DNA of 53,537 nucleotides from Bacteriovoracaceae bacterium (GTDB lineage Bacteria; Bdellovibrionota; UBA1018): NCBI GenBank assembly GCA_947463705.1, contig CANHSO010000001.1, positions 1 to 53,537 of the forward strand, read 5' to 3'. Shown piece by piece: positions 44,810 to 53,537 of this stretch (position 1 is its first letter; each line of letters starts with the position of its first letter). The notes under the pieces were generated by a model. It saw only the letters and a program-made list of their open reading frames with translations, ran no database searches and was not told where the DNA came from. The position numbers and the translations under genes were made by a program.

Positions 44810-46775
44810 AAATTAAATACCCCGCAGTTGCGATGAGTCCGATGAGTAGCATCAATGCGTAAACTTGAATGGAGCCGGTTTGCATGACACGAGCGGTCTC
44901 GCCACTCCACAGGGAAATCCGTCCAAAACCAACAACGATTCGATCAATGATTTGTATATCAAAGACTTTCCAGAGAACTTCAGAGAGTCTGTGAATTGGC
45001 TTAACGATCAACGCATCGTAAATCTCATCAACGTACCACTTCTCTTCCATGGCCTGGTAAAGAGCGCCTGGCTCTGCACCTGCAGCCTCAGCTTTGAAAT
45101 TGCGATACTTTTGTAAAGCCCAAGCAATCCCACAAATGGCGCCGATCACACTGACTGCCATCAGGATCCATTCCATATCTGAGTGACCAGCTGTGGCCGC
45201 CAACTCATGAGCCGGAATCACAGGCTCAAGCCAATGCTCCAGCCAGCTCCAGTGAGGAATGCTCAGCAGTCCTCCAATGGCGCTCAAAATCGCAAGAATC
45301 TGAAGCGGAAGAGTCATGAACGTGGGTGACTCATGGATGCCGCCTTTTGAGTGACCATGATCATGGTCATGCCCGTGCCCGTGCTCCTCATGCTCCTCAA
45401 ACCGGGGTGTACCGAGGAAGGTAAGTGTAAAAAGGCGGGTCATGTAGAATGCAGTCATGACCGCTGTCACAGCGCCCAAGCCCCAGAGCATGGTTGAACC
45501 GGTTGGGGAGCTAAATGCCTGCCACAGGATTTCGTCTTTGGAGAAAAACCCAGAAAATGGAGGAATTCCGCAGATAGCCAACCATCCAATTGCGAAAGTT
45601 AAAAACGTTTTTGGCATTTTCGATCTGAGTCCACCCATCTTGAGGATGTTCTGCTCCTCGTGCATGCCATGAATCACACTACCCGCACCCAAGAACAACA
45701 GCGCCTTGAAAAACGCATGGGTAATGACGTGAAAAACCCCAGCGGTATAGGCGCCCACTCCACACGCTAGGAACATGTACCCGAGTTGAGACACGGTCGA
45801 ATAGGCCAATACTTTTTTGATATCTTTTTGAGCAATTGCAATGGTGGCAGCGAAAAAAGCGGTAACCGCCCCGACCGTTGCAACCACACTCAAAGCGGTA
45901 GTAGACAGGCTGTAAAAGAAATTCAACCGAGCGATCATGTAGATCCCCGAAGTCACCATGGTCGCAGCGTGGATCAGGGCGGAAACAGGGGTCGGCCCGG
46001 CCATTGCATCGGGCAGCCAAACGTAGAGTGGAATCTGAGCTGATTTACCCATGCAGCCCACAAACAGGAGCAAACAAATGGCTGTTACTGCTTCCAAATC
46101 AATCCGAACTGCGCCACCAATGTGACCTGCCTCGGCCAACAACGAACGAAGCGCCTCGAAATCAAGGGTTCCAAAGGTCGAAAAGATCAAGAACATCCCC
46201 ACCAAAAAGCCGAGATCTCCTACGCGATTGACCACGAAGGCCTTTTTTCCTGCCTTAGCCTTGTCTTCGTCTGTGTACCAATACCCAATCAAAAGGTAAC
46301 TACAGAGGCCAACCCCTTCCCAACCCAAAAAGAGAATCGGAAGAGAGGCTCCGAGGACGAGCATTAACATCGCGAAACAAAACAGATTTAAATAAGCAAA
46401 GAACTTGCCCGGCGTCTCATCGTGGCTCATATAGCCGATGGAGTAGAGATGAATGAGAGTTCCGACACCTGTAATCACTAGAGTAAATAGGGTCGATAAC
46501 GAATCCACTCGGAAAGCAAAATCTAGATGAACTGTCCCGACATAAATCCATGGAAAAACCACTTGCTGGACAATTCGATGCTCGCCATCCATAGCGAACA
46601 ATTGAAGAAACAGATAAACAGACACCAAAAACGACATGAAAATGAAAAAGGTGCCGATCAGACCCGTCACTTGAGAACTTGCCTTTTGTCTGCCCTCAGG
46701 AGCCTGACCAAAAAGGTACCAGCTCCCATTGATCAGAAAGCCAATTAAGGGAAAAAGAGGTATCAGAGCCAGCAT
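44796..46775 (-). CDS. nuoL: NADH-quinone oxidoreductase subunit L
   Basis: 659-aa antiporter-like subunit (..PLYVWLPDAMAGPTPVSALIHAATMV..) with a long C-terminal lateral-helix region. Confidence 0.9.
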   Translation of the reverse strand: MLALIPLFPLIGFLINGSWYLFGQAPEGRQKASSQVTGLIGTFFIFMSFLVSVYLFLQLFAMDGEHRIVQQVVFPWIYVGTVHLDFAFRVDSLSTLFTLVITGVGTLIHLYSIGYMSHDETPGKFFAYLNLFCFAMLMLVLGASLPILFLGWEGVGLCSYLLIGYWYTDEDKAKAGKKAFVVNRVGDLGFLVGMFLIFSTFGTLDFEALRSLLAEAGHIGGAVRIDLEAVTAICLLLFVGCMGKSAQIPLYVWLPDAMAGPTPVSALIHAATMVTSGIYMIARLNFFYSLSTTALSVVATVGAVTAFFAATIAIAQKDIKKVLAYSTVSQLGYMFLACGVGAYTAGVFHVITHAFFKALLFLGAGSVIHGMHEEQNILKMGGLRSKMPKTFLTFAIGWLAICGIPPFSGFFSKDEILWQAFSSPTGSTMLWGLGAVTAVMTAFYMTRLFTLTFLGTPRFEEHEEHGHGHDHDHGHSKGGIHESPTFMTLPLQILAILSAIGGLLSIPHWSWLEHWLEPVIPAHELAATAGHSDMEWILMAVSVIGAICGIAWALQKYRNFKAEAAGAEPGALYQAMEEKWYVDEIYDALIVKPIHRLSEVLWKVFDIQIIDRIVVGFGRISLWSGETARVMQTGSIQVYALMLLIGLIATAGYLIYVWV

Positions 46776-46777
46776 GC

Positions 46778-47083
46778 TTACTCCTTAAGAAATTGAATTT
46801 GATCCGTATCAACACTTCGAAGCGTTCTGAACATCGCAATCACTAGGCCTAGGCCAACTGCAGACTCAGCTGCTGCGACGGTGATCACGAAAAACACGGA
46901 CATTTGACCACCCATATGCTGAAGATGCTTAGAAAATGTAACGAAGGTTAGATTGACGGCATTTAACATCAACTCAATGCTCATCAGAACTACGAGAATA
47001 TTTCGTCGAATTAACACTCCCGTGAAACCAATGAAGAAAATCATCGCGCAAAAAGAAAGGACTACCCAAGGTTCAACACTCAT
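46778..47083 (-). CDS. nuoK: NADH-quinone oxidoreductase subunit K
   Basis: 101 aa with 3 TM helices (..LMSIELMLNAVNLTFV..). Confidence 0.9.
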   Translation of the reverse strand: MSVEPWVVLSFCAMIFFIGFTGVLIRRNILVVLMSIELMLNAVNLTFVTFSKHLQHMGGQMSVFFVITVAAAESAVGLGLVIAMFRTLRSVDTDQIQFLKE

Positions 47084-47086
47084 AAA

Positions 47087-47623
47087 TTAAGACCTCCCCT
47101 CAGATAGCTTTCTCTTGGCAATAGCGACAGCGCCAACAATGGCGGCCAAGAGTAGAACGGACGTGAGCTCAAAGGGTAAAATATATTCGGAAAACATGAG
47201 TTCAGAAACGACTTGGGTGTTGCCGCCGGCAGCGTCAATCCGCTCTGGAGTAAACTGATCTACAGGGGGAGTGAGTTGTGTCGTACTAAACGCCCAAATG
47301 AACAGAGCCAGCGTCGCAACGGACAGGAGTCCAGTTGCTATACGAATCCCGAGATGAGTTCTTCCCAAATCAAACGAGGGAACATCAGCATTGAGAAGCA
47401 TGATGACAAAGATGAACAAAACCATAATCGCGCCAGCGTAAACAAAAATTTGCAGGGTCGCGATCAAGTGAGCATCAAGCAAGGCATAAATCCCAGCAAA
47501 CGAGAAAAAGACCATCACGAGGCTAAATGCACTGGCTACTGGATTTCGTTTTAAAATGACCAAAAGGGAGCACGCGATTGCGATCCCTCCAAAGGCGTAG
47601 AAAAAATATGGGGAAATATTCAT
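47087..47623 (-). CDS. nuoJ: NADH-quinone oxidoreductase subunit J
   Basis: 178-aa membrane subunit (..YAGAIMVLFIFVIMLL..). Operon position supports the call. Confidence 0.85.
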   Translation of the reverse strand: MNISPYFFYAFGGIAIACSLLVILKRNPVASAFSLVMVFFSFAGIYALLDAHLIATLQIFVYAGAIMVLFIFVIMLLNADVPSFDLGRTHLGIRIATGLLSVATLALFIWAFSTTQLTPPVDQFTPERIDAAGGNTQVVSELMFSEYILPFELTSVLLLAAIVGAVAIAKRKLSEGRS

Positions 47624-48063
47624 TTGTTCCCTCTTTGTTCGAGCAAGAATTGTTTGTCGTAGACTTCGCGGTAGGTCGTGCTCATTTCATAAATATTGCT
47701 GAGCTTGATCGCATCCTTAGGGCAGGCCTCTTCGCACATTCCACAAAAACAGCACCGGAGTAGATCGATTTCAAATTTGACCGGATACTTTTCCTTGTCA
47801 GGTCTTTCTCCAGCTTCAATGTGGATACATTCTGCAGGACAAACCGTGGGACAAAGCATACAGGCGGTGCAGTTTTCAACACCGTTAGTCGCCTTGATAT
47901 AGTGCATTCCTCGGAATCGATCTGAATAATTTCTTCGTTCCTCAGGAAACTGAATGGTCACCTTTGGGGCAAAAAGCATATTTTTCATCGTAATCATCAA
48001 GCCCTTGATGATTTCGACCAAATAAAGCTCTTGGATGAATCCTTTTTTCTTCTTTAAAAGCAT
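47620..48063 (-). CDS. nuoI: NADH-quinone oxidoreductase subunit I (2x[4Fe-4S])
   Basis: Two CxxCxxCxxxCP motifs are present (CTACMLCPTVCP and CCFCGMCEEACP). Confidence 0.92.
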   Translation of the reverse strand: MLLKKKKGFIQELYLVEIIKGLMITMKNMLFAPKVTIQFPEERRNYSDRFRGMHYIKATNGVENCTACMLCPTVCPAECIHIEAGERPDKEKYPVKFEIDLLRCCFCGMCEEACPKDAIKLSNIYEMSTTYREVYDKQFLLEQRGNK

Positions 48064-48066
48064 AGT

Positions 48067-49182
48067 TTAAACCCACCCGTAGAAGGTCAAAATGGCGGTA
48101 ATAAAAATATTAGCCAGGGATAACGGAAGCATGACCTTCCAGCCAAGATCCATCAGTTGGTCATACCTGAATCGTGGCAAGGTCCAACGCACCCAAACAA
48201 AGAACCACATGAAAAACGCCGTCTTAATCGAGAAGGAAGCTCCCTCAAAAAGGACTCTAGCCCATTCAGCAGCCACTCCCGTAAGACCGAGAGAACTCTG
48301 CACCAAGCCAAGAATCGTATGCATGCCTGGAAGCAACTGCCAGCCCCCAAAATAAAGGGTCGCAAGAAGCCCTGAAGCTGTGGTCATGTTGAGGTATTCA
48401 GCCATCATGAAAAGAGCAAACTTCATTGCGCCGTATTCAAGGTGATAGCCCGCAACGAGCTCAGACTCCCCTTCAGGTAAGTCGAACGGCAATCGATTCG
48501 TTTCGGCAAAAACTGAAACCAAGAAAATCAAAAATCCGAGGGGCTGCAAAAAGATGCCCCATCGTGGAATTGCCAACCACTCAGGTAAAACGATAGGTCC
48601 AATTTGAGTAATAAGCTGTCCTTGTTGTTGGGCAATATCACCCAACTTAAGGCTCGAGAAGGTCATGATAATCCCGATCACGGACAAACCCATTGAAAGC
48701 TCATAACTGATCATTTGCGATGAGCTTCGAAGGCTCCCCAACATCGTATATTTGTTGTTGGAAGCCCAGCCCGCCATGATGATTCCATACACCCCAAGAG
48801 AAGCGATCGAAAAAACGTAGAGCAAGCCCACATTCAAATCGGCCACTTGAAAGTGCACTGTGTGGGTTCCAATCTGAATGGAGCTTGCAAATGGAATTAC
48901 CGCAAACGTCATAAAGGCCGGAACGACTGACACCAACGGTGCCAATAGGTAATAAAAAGGCTCGACATGACCGGGAACGGGATCTTCTTTCCAAAGAAAC
49001 TTAACGACGTCAGCAAGCGACTGGAGTAATCCCAAAGGTCCGCATCGGTTAGGACCGAGACGATTCTGCATCAATGCAGAGCCTCGCCGCTCAACCCAAA
49101 CCATGATCGGCACCACTTGGAGCAGAACGATCACCAAAAAGGCCGCTTTAGCGCCAACTTCTATCCAGTCAAAGGTTTCCAT
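48067..49182 (-). CDS. nuoH: NADH-quinone oxidoreductase subunit H
   Basis: 371 aa with ..VWVERRGSALMQNRLGPNR.GP.GLLQ..AD..K and ..FAETNR.PFDL.E.ESELV.G...EY. Confidence 0.92.
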   Translation of the reverse strand: METFDWIEVGAKAAFLVIVLLQVVPIMVWVERRGSALMQNRLGPNRCGPLGLLQSLADVVKFLWKEDPVPGHVEPFYYLLAPLVSVVPAFMTFAVIPFASSIQIGTHTVHFQVADLNVGLLYVFSIASLGVYGIIMAGWASNNKYTMLGSLRSSSQMISYELSMGLSVIGIIMTFSSLKLGDIAQQQGQLITQIGPIVLPEWLAIPRWGIFLQPLGFLIFLVSVFAETNRLPFDLPEGESELVAGYHLEYGAMKFALFMMAEYLNMTTASGLLATLYFGGWQLLPGMHTILGLVQSSLGLTGVAAEWARVLFEGASFSIKTAFFMWFFVWVRWTLPRFRYDQLMDLGWKVMLPLSLANIFITAILTFYGWV

Positions 49183-49185
49183 ATC

Positions 49186-50610
49186 TTACGCTACTCCGTG
49201 AGAGTTCTTTCGGTTGGTCCAAATCATGAGAATCTCCGAAAGCGACTTAGATTGGCCGGGGGCTTGAACTGCACGTTTCAGCTTCTGCGCCCGCCCTTCA
49301 TAGTTTAGAATCGTGCCATCTTTCTCGGCAAAGGAGAGACCTGGAAGGATCGCCGAAAACATCATGGCTTGATCTTTCATGAAAACGCCGATACCGACTT
49401 TTTCGACCCCGTCAATCTCAGGCGGCAAGACAGCTCTTCCGCCCCGAATCACCAAGGCTGCAGTGATCTCTGCAGGGAGTCGCTCAAAACCTGGAATTCC
49501 CAACTTCTCCATTCCATTGAGATTAGAAGTCTTGCTCTTCTGCTTTAAGATCCGATCCTCTGGCCCATCATCCTTTGAAGAGACGACCCCAGGGGTACCA
49601 AAGTGGAAAATTGGGGAGTCAGCGTAGTGCTGCGCTTTGAACTGTAATACGCTAGAGGCCTCCTCTTGCGTAAGATCCGAGCCCAAAAGAATGGCAACTT
49701 TTTGTCCTTCTAATGTGGCCTTTGCCGTGTCAATAGAAGTTCCCCAGTCACAAATCTCAATACCGCTGCTTTTGGACCGCGCTGGATCAACCAGTCGATC
49801 TTCTCGCTCTAGATAGTGAAAATTGAACCGACCTTCATCGCAAAGCCAATGGCGATTAATTTCCAAATTTTCGCGAGGAACACATCGATAGATTTGATCG
49901 TTGTCTTGTTGGATCTCCATATTACAACCCTTGGAACATCCCTCACAGACGGTTGGGACCTTGGTCAAAAACCAAGCCCGCTTTTTAAAACGAAAATCTT
50001 TTAAAGTGAGTGACCCAGTAGGACAGATATCTGAATAGTTTCCAGCATAATCGGTCTCAAGAGGACGACCATCAATCGTGGTGATTTCGGTGTTATTACC
50101 TCGCTTAAGAGCTACCATCTCACGAAGTCCAGCGATCTCATTACCGAATCGAATGCACCTCGTGCAATGAATGCATCGGTTCATGTTTTTCTTAATCACG
50201 GGACCCATGTCCAAATCGAGATAAGTTCGTCTCTCTTCAGTATAACGAGAATACGATGAACCGTGTTTATAAGAGTTATCCTGGAGATCGCATTCTCCCG
50301 ATTTGTCGCAAACCGGGCAATCCAGAGGGTGATTTGCCAGGAGAAATTCCATCACCGATTCTTGATTCTCTTTGGTCTTCTCAGATTTGGTCTTTACAAC
50401 CATTCCTTCGGTGGCCATCGTAGAGCATGCCGTTTGAAGCTTTGGCATTTTCTCAATCTCGACGGCGCACATTCGACACTGGGCCACCACAGAAAGCCCT
50501 GGGTGATAACAAAAAAGAGGAATATCGATCCCTGCACTTTTCGCTACTTCAATCAAATTCTGTCCCGGCGTAAACTCAGCTTCACGCCCGTCAATTATGC
50601 ACTTGGGCAT
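49186..50610 (-). CDS. nuoG: NADH-quinone oxidoreductase subunit G (short form, 474 aa)
   Basis: An N-terminal [2Fe-2S] site ([18 protein letters not shown]) is followed by [14 protein letters not shown] and [14 protein letters not shown] clusters. The C-terminal molybdopterin-like part is much shorter than in the roughly 900-aa enterobacterial NuoG. Confidence 0.88.
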   Translation of the reverse strand: MPKCIIDGREAEFTPGQNLIEVAKSAGIDIPLFCYHPGLSVVAQCRMCAVEIEKMPKLQTACSTMATEGMVVKTKSEKTKENQESVMEFLLANHPLDCPVCDKSGECDLQDNSYKHGSSYSRYTEERRTYLDLDMGPVIKKNMNRCIHCTRCIRFGNEIAGLREMVALKRGNNTEITTIDGRPLETDYAGNYSDICPTGSLTLKDFRFKKRAWFLTKVPTVCEGCSKGCNMEIQQDNDQIYRCVPRENLEINRHWLCDEGRFNFHYLEREDRLVDPARSKSSGIEICDWGTSIDTAKATLEGQKVAILLGSDLTQEEASSVLQFKAQHYADSPIFHFGTPGVVSSKDDGPEDRILKQKSKTSNLNGMEKLGIPGFERLPAEITAALVIRGGRAVLPPEIDGVEKVGIGVFMKDQAMMFSAILPGLSFAEKDGTILNYEGRAQKLKRAVQAPGQSKSLSEILMIWTNRKNSHGVA

Positions 50611-51869
50611 TTTCCACCTCGAATATGAGCTTCAAAGTCAGCTCTAAATTTTTTAACGAAACTCATCACTGGACCCGCTGCCGCGTCTCCGAGCGCACAG
50701 AGCGTCTTGCCTGCAATGTTGTTGGAGATATCCAGTAACATGGCCAAGTCTTCCTCACGTCCATGCCCATGCTCAATTCGCTCAATAATATCTTCCATCC
50801 ATTTGCAACCCTCACGACAAGGAGTGCATTGGCCACAGGACTCATGAGCATAGAACCGAGTAATGCGGGCTAACAATTTCACCACGCAGTAGTCTTCGCT
50901 CACCACAACGATAGCTGCTGAGCCGAGCATGGTTCCAATTTTCATCAGCGGCTCAATATCAGCTACGACATCAATTTCATCCGCAGTTAGAACCGGCGCC
51001 GATGATCCACCTGGAATCACAGCTTTCAGCTTCTTGTCGCCCAAAATACCGTGACAGTGATCATAAATCAGCTGCCTCAAGGTCACGCTTCCCGCAGGTA
51101 ACTCGTAAACCCCAGGCTTTTTCACATGTCCTGAAACACAGAAAAGACGAGTGCCACCCGATTTTTCCAATTTACCGAGATTAGAGAACCACTCCCCACC
51201 CCGATTGATAATATAGGGCACAGCAGCTAGGGTCTCAACGTTGTTCACGATTGTAGGACCGCCAAATGCGCCAGCCTGAGCTGGAAATGGCGGTTTCACC
51301 CGCGGCTCGCCGCGCTTTCCTTCGAGCGAGTTGAGCAAGCCCGTTTCTTCGCCGCAGATGTAAGCGCCTGCTCCTCGGTGGACGGTCAGATCAAAACTAA
51401 AACCTGTTCCGTGAATATTTTTGCCTAAGCACCCAGCATCGTATGCCTCTTGAATGGCCTGATCCAAAAGCTTAGCCTCTCGGGTGTACTCACCACGGAT
51501 ATAGATATACCCGTGATTTGCGCCGATTGCATAGGCACCAATGACCATCCCTTCGATCAAGAGGTGAGGGGTATATCTCATGATATCCCGATCCTTAAAT
51601 GTCCCAGGCTCAGACTCGTCGGCATTACAAACAAGGTATTTAGCCTTGGCGGACTGCTTTGGAATAAATCCCCACTTCATCCCTGTAGGAAAACCAGCGC
51701 CCCCTCGGCCCCTCATGTTTGACTTTTTCATCTCTGCAATGATGTCATCCTGATTCATCGACAGAGCTTTTTTAGAGGCGGTATAGCCCCCCATCTCTTT
51801 CAAATAGAAATCGAGGGGTCGTGATTCTTCATTAAAATATTGAGCAAATAAAGTTTCTGACATTTCCAT
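50595..51869 (-). CDS. nuoF: NADH-quinone oxidoreductase subunit F
   Basis: It has an FMN/NADH site ([26 protein letters not shown]) and an N3 cluster ([12 protein letters not shown]). Confidence 0.95.
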   Translation of the reverse strand: MEMSETLFAQYFNEESRPLDFYLKEMGGYTASKKALSMNQDDIIAEMKKSNMRGRGGAGFPTGMKWGFIPKQSAKAKYLVCNADESEPGTFKDRDIMRYTPHLLIEGMVIGAYAIGANHGYIYIRGEYTREAKLLDQAIQEAYDAGCLGKNIHGTGFSFDLTVHRGAGAYICGEETGLLNSLEGKRGEPRVKPPFPAQAGAFGGPTIVNNVETLAAVPYIINRGGEWFSNLGKLEKSGGTRLFCVSGHVKKPGVYELPAGSVTLRQLIYDHCHGILGDKKLKAVIPGGSSAPVLTADEIDVVADIEPLMKIGTMLGSAAIVVVSEDYCVVKLLARITRFYAHESCGQCTPCREGCKWMEDIIERIEHGHGREEDLAMLLDISNNIAGKTLCALGDAAAGPVMSFVKKFRADFEAHIRGGKCPSA

Positions 51870-51873
51870 AGCC

Positions 51874-52350
51874 CTACTCCAAATGATCCAAAAGTTGATC
51901 GAGCTTAGAGACCGTCAAACTCTCATGATAATCATCGTTCAACATCATGGCAGGAGCAGTGCCGCATGCACCTAGACACTCTTCCTCAACAACAGTGAAC
52001 CTCTTGTCCGGAGTCGTTTCACCCCGTTCAATCCCAAACTTTTTCTCGCAGTGCTCAACCAACTCTTCCGAGCCCCTGAGGCAGCAAGCCACGTTGGTGC
52101 AAATTTTCAAATGGTATTTTCCGACTGGCTTCAGATTATACATCGTATAAAACGAAGCCACTTCCCGCACTTGAGCAGGATGGACATCAATATAGGCACC
52201 CACTTCATCTAGAATTTCAGGAGGCAGCCAGCCCCACTCCTCCTGCGCTGCATGAAGAGCAGGCAAAAGCAGGGCTACCTTTGACGGATATCGGCTTTCA
52301 AGCTTCTCCATCGACTTGTAAAACTTTTCAGAAAGTAATTTCTTTCCCAT
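51874..52350 (-). CDS. nuoE: NADH-quinone oxidoreductase subunit E
   Basis: 158 aa with the thioredoxin-like [2Fe-2S] pattern (..[11 protein letters not shown].. and ..[13 protein letters not shown]). Confidence 0.93.
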   Translation of the reverse strand: MGKKLLSEKFYKSMEKLESRYPSKVALLLPALHAAQEEWGWLPPEILDEVGAYIDVHPAQVREVASFYTMYNLKPVGKYHLKICTNVACCLRGSEELVEHCEKKFGIERGETTPDKRFTVVEEECLGACGTAPAMMLNDDYHESLTVSKLDQLLDHLE

Positions 52351-52375
52351 GATTAAAACCTCATCTTCAACCGCT

Positions 52376-53537
52376 CTACCGGTCTAGCTCCCCAGCAATA
52401 ATGTTAATGCTCCCTAATGCCGCCACCATGTCTGCGATTTTTTCACCTTCGACCATGGGACTGAGCGCCTGAAAATGCCAAACTGATGGGCCGCGAATTC
52501 TCATCCGATGAGCACGGGACGCGCCCTTACTCACAATATAGAATCCCAACTCGCCGTTGGCGGCCTCAAACTGAGTGTAGGCCTCGCCTGCTGGCACTTC
52601 AAAACCGGTCATGAAGAATTTAAAATGATGAATCAATCCTTCCATGGTGTTGTGAACGACAGTTTTCTCTGGAATTCGAACTCGCTTGTCTTCAGACCAA
52701 ATCGGACCTTTTTTCATCTGATCTGCGCACTGGCTCAAAATATTAAGAGATTGCCGAATCTCGTTAATTCGAACCATGTAACGGTCAAAAACATCACCAT
52801 TCTGAGCCACAGGCACATCAAACTCAACGCTCTTATAAAACATGCACGGCTGATCGCGTCTCAGATCAAGATCAATCCCCGCGGCTCGCGCATTGGGACC
52901 CGAAAAAGAATAGTCCATACAATCTTGTTTGCTGAAAACCCCGACTCCAACGGTTCGTTTTTTCCAGATCTTATTATTGGTGAGTAACTCATCCATTTCG
53001 TCAATCACCTTGCGAGTCTTTTCAACCCAGGCCTTGAGCTCCCTTTCAAAGCCATCTGGCGCATCGCCCATCAATCCACCAATTCGAGTAAACGAGGTAG
53101 TGAGGCGAGCTCCACAGAGCTTTTCAACCAAAGTATAAGCTTCTTCTCTTTGATGAAAACCGTAGAGGAAAAACGAAAATGCTCCCAAATCAACCGCGTT
53201 AATCCCTACGCAAATCAGGTGATCCATGACTCGTGCAAGCTCGCAGCAAATCATCCGAATCCAAACGCATCGATCAGGAACTTCAACTCCCATCAGTTTT
53301 TCAACTGACATGGCATAGGTGACGTTATTAATGAGAGCTGAACAGTAATTCAGTCGATCAGTATAAACTGTAAAATTGTGGAATGTTCGGTTTTCACCCA
53401 ACTTCTCTTTGGCGCGATGGGTAAAACCAAATTCACAATAAGATTTTTCGATCGTCTCGCCATTGAGCTTGGCAACCATGCGAAGAGCCCCGTGCATGGC
53501 AGGGTGAGTAGGTCCAATATTAACGATGACTCGAGCA
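52376..53537 (-). CDS. nuoD: NADH-quinone oxidoreductase subunit D, 5' end beyond the window
   Basis: The frame stays open to the window edge (..ARVIVNIGPTHPAMHGALRM..) and ends in ..AALGSINIIAGELDR*, which is typical of NuoD. Confidence 0.93.
   Translation of the reverse strand, partial: ARVIVNIGPTHPAMHGALRMVAKLNGETIEKSYCEFGFTHRAKEKLGENRTFHNFTVYTDRLNYCSALINNVTYAMSVEKLMGVEVPDRCVWIRMICCELARVMDHLICVGINAVDLGAFSFFLYGFHQREEAYTLVEKLCGARLTTSFTRIGGLMGDAPDGFERELKAWVEKTRKVIDEMDELLTNNKIWKKRTVGVGVFSKQDCMDYSFSGPNARAAGIDLDLRRDQPCMFYKSVEFDVPVAQNGDVFDRYMVRINEIRQSLNILSQCADQMKKGPIWSEDKRVRIPEKTVVHNTMEGLIHHFKFFMTGFEVPAGEAYTQFEAANGELGFYIVSKGASRAHRMRIRGPSVWHFQALSPMVEGEKIADMVAALGSINIIAGELDR

Overview
The window is about 53.5 kb of bacterial chromosome with roughly 50% GC. 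My low-confidence guess at the lineage is Bdellovibrionota, Myxococcota-like or Oligoflexia, based on GYF_2 proteins, FG-GAP/Ig surface proteins and a long-form urocanase.

Most of it is core genome:
- An envelope and surface gene block at 0.1-12 kb.
- tRNA-Asn, then a thioredoxin-like ferredoxin and an Slt-type transglycosylase.
- The housekeeping run ychF-pth-prs-leuS, an MnmC-like methyltransferase, hutU and a GT22-like membrane glycosyltransferase.
- At the right end, tRNA-Ser(TGA), serS, a GYF-TM-TPR protein and a complete-looking nuoD-to-nuoN complex I operon on the minus strand. nuoD runs off the window edge.

The interesting part is an accessory island of about 10.5 kb (about 26.6-37.2 kb) that abuts the 3' end of tRNA-Ser and has no recognisable integrase. 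It contains:
- A small exported Cys/His-rich protein.
- An operon of a SEC-C-motif protein and an orphan DnaC/IstB-like ATPase.
- A three-copy repeat family that separates plus-strand cassettes. Each copy is a decayed C-terminus of an FGE/SUMF1-domain gene, and two copies also carry a better-conserved non-coding block.
- The cassettes themselves: a COG1373-type AAA+/DUF4143 ATPase, an HTH protein with a second divergent COG1373 ATPase, and vapBC.
- 17-bp perfect direct repeats flanking vapBC, next to a decayed fragment of a secreted-protein paralog.
- An unusual ORF6N-DnaA-domain-IV fusion protein. A 41-nt perfect palindrome lies upstream of it, and the 27-nt core of that palindrome recurs inside its own CDS.

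Outside the island, an ORF-free stretch of about 430 nt next to tRNA-Asn is a candidate unassigned structured RNA.

I saw no CRISPR array, rRNA or intact transposase. All protein calls come from motif recognition by eye, not from searches.
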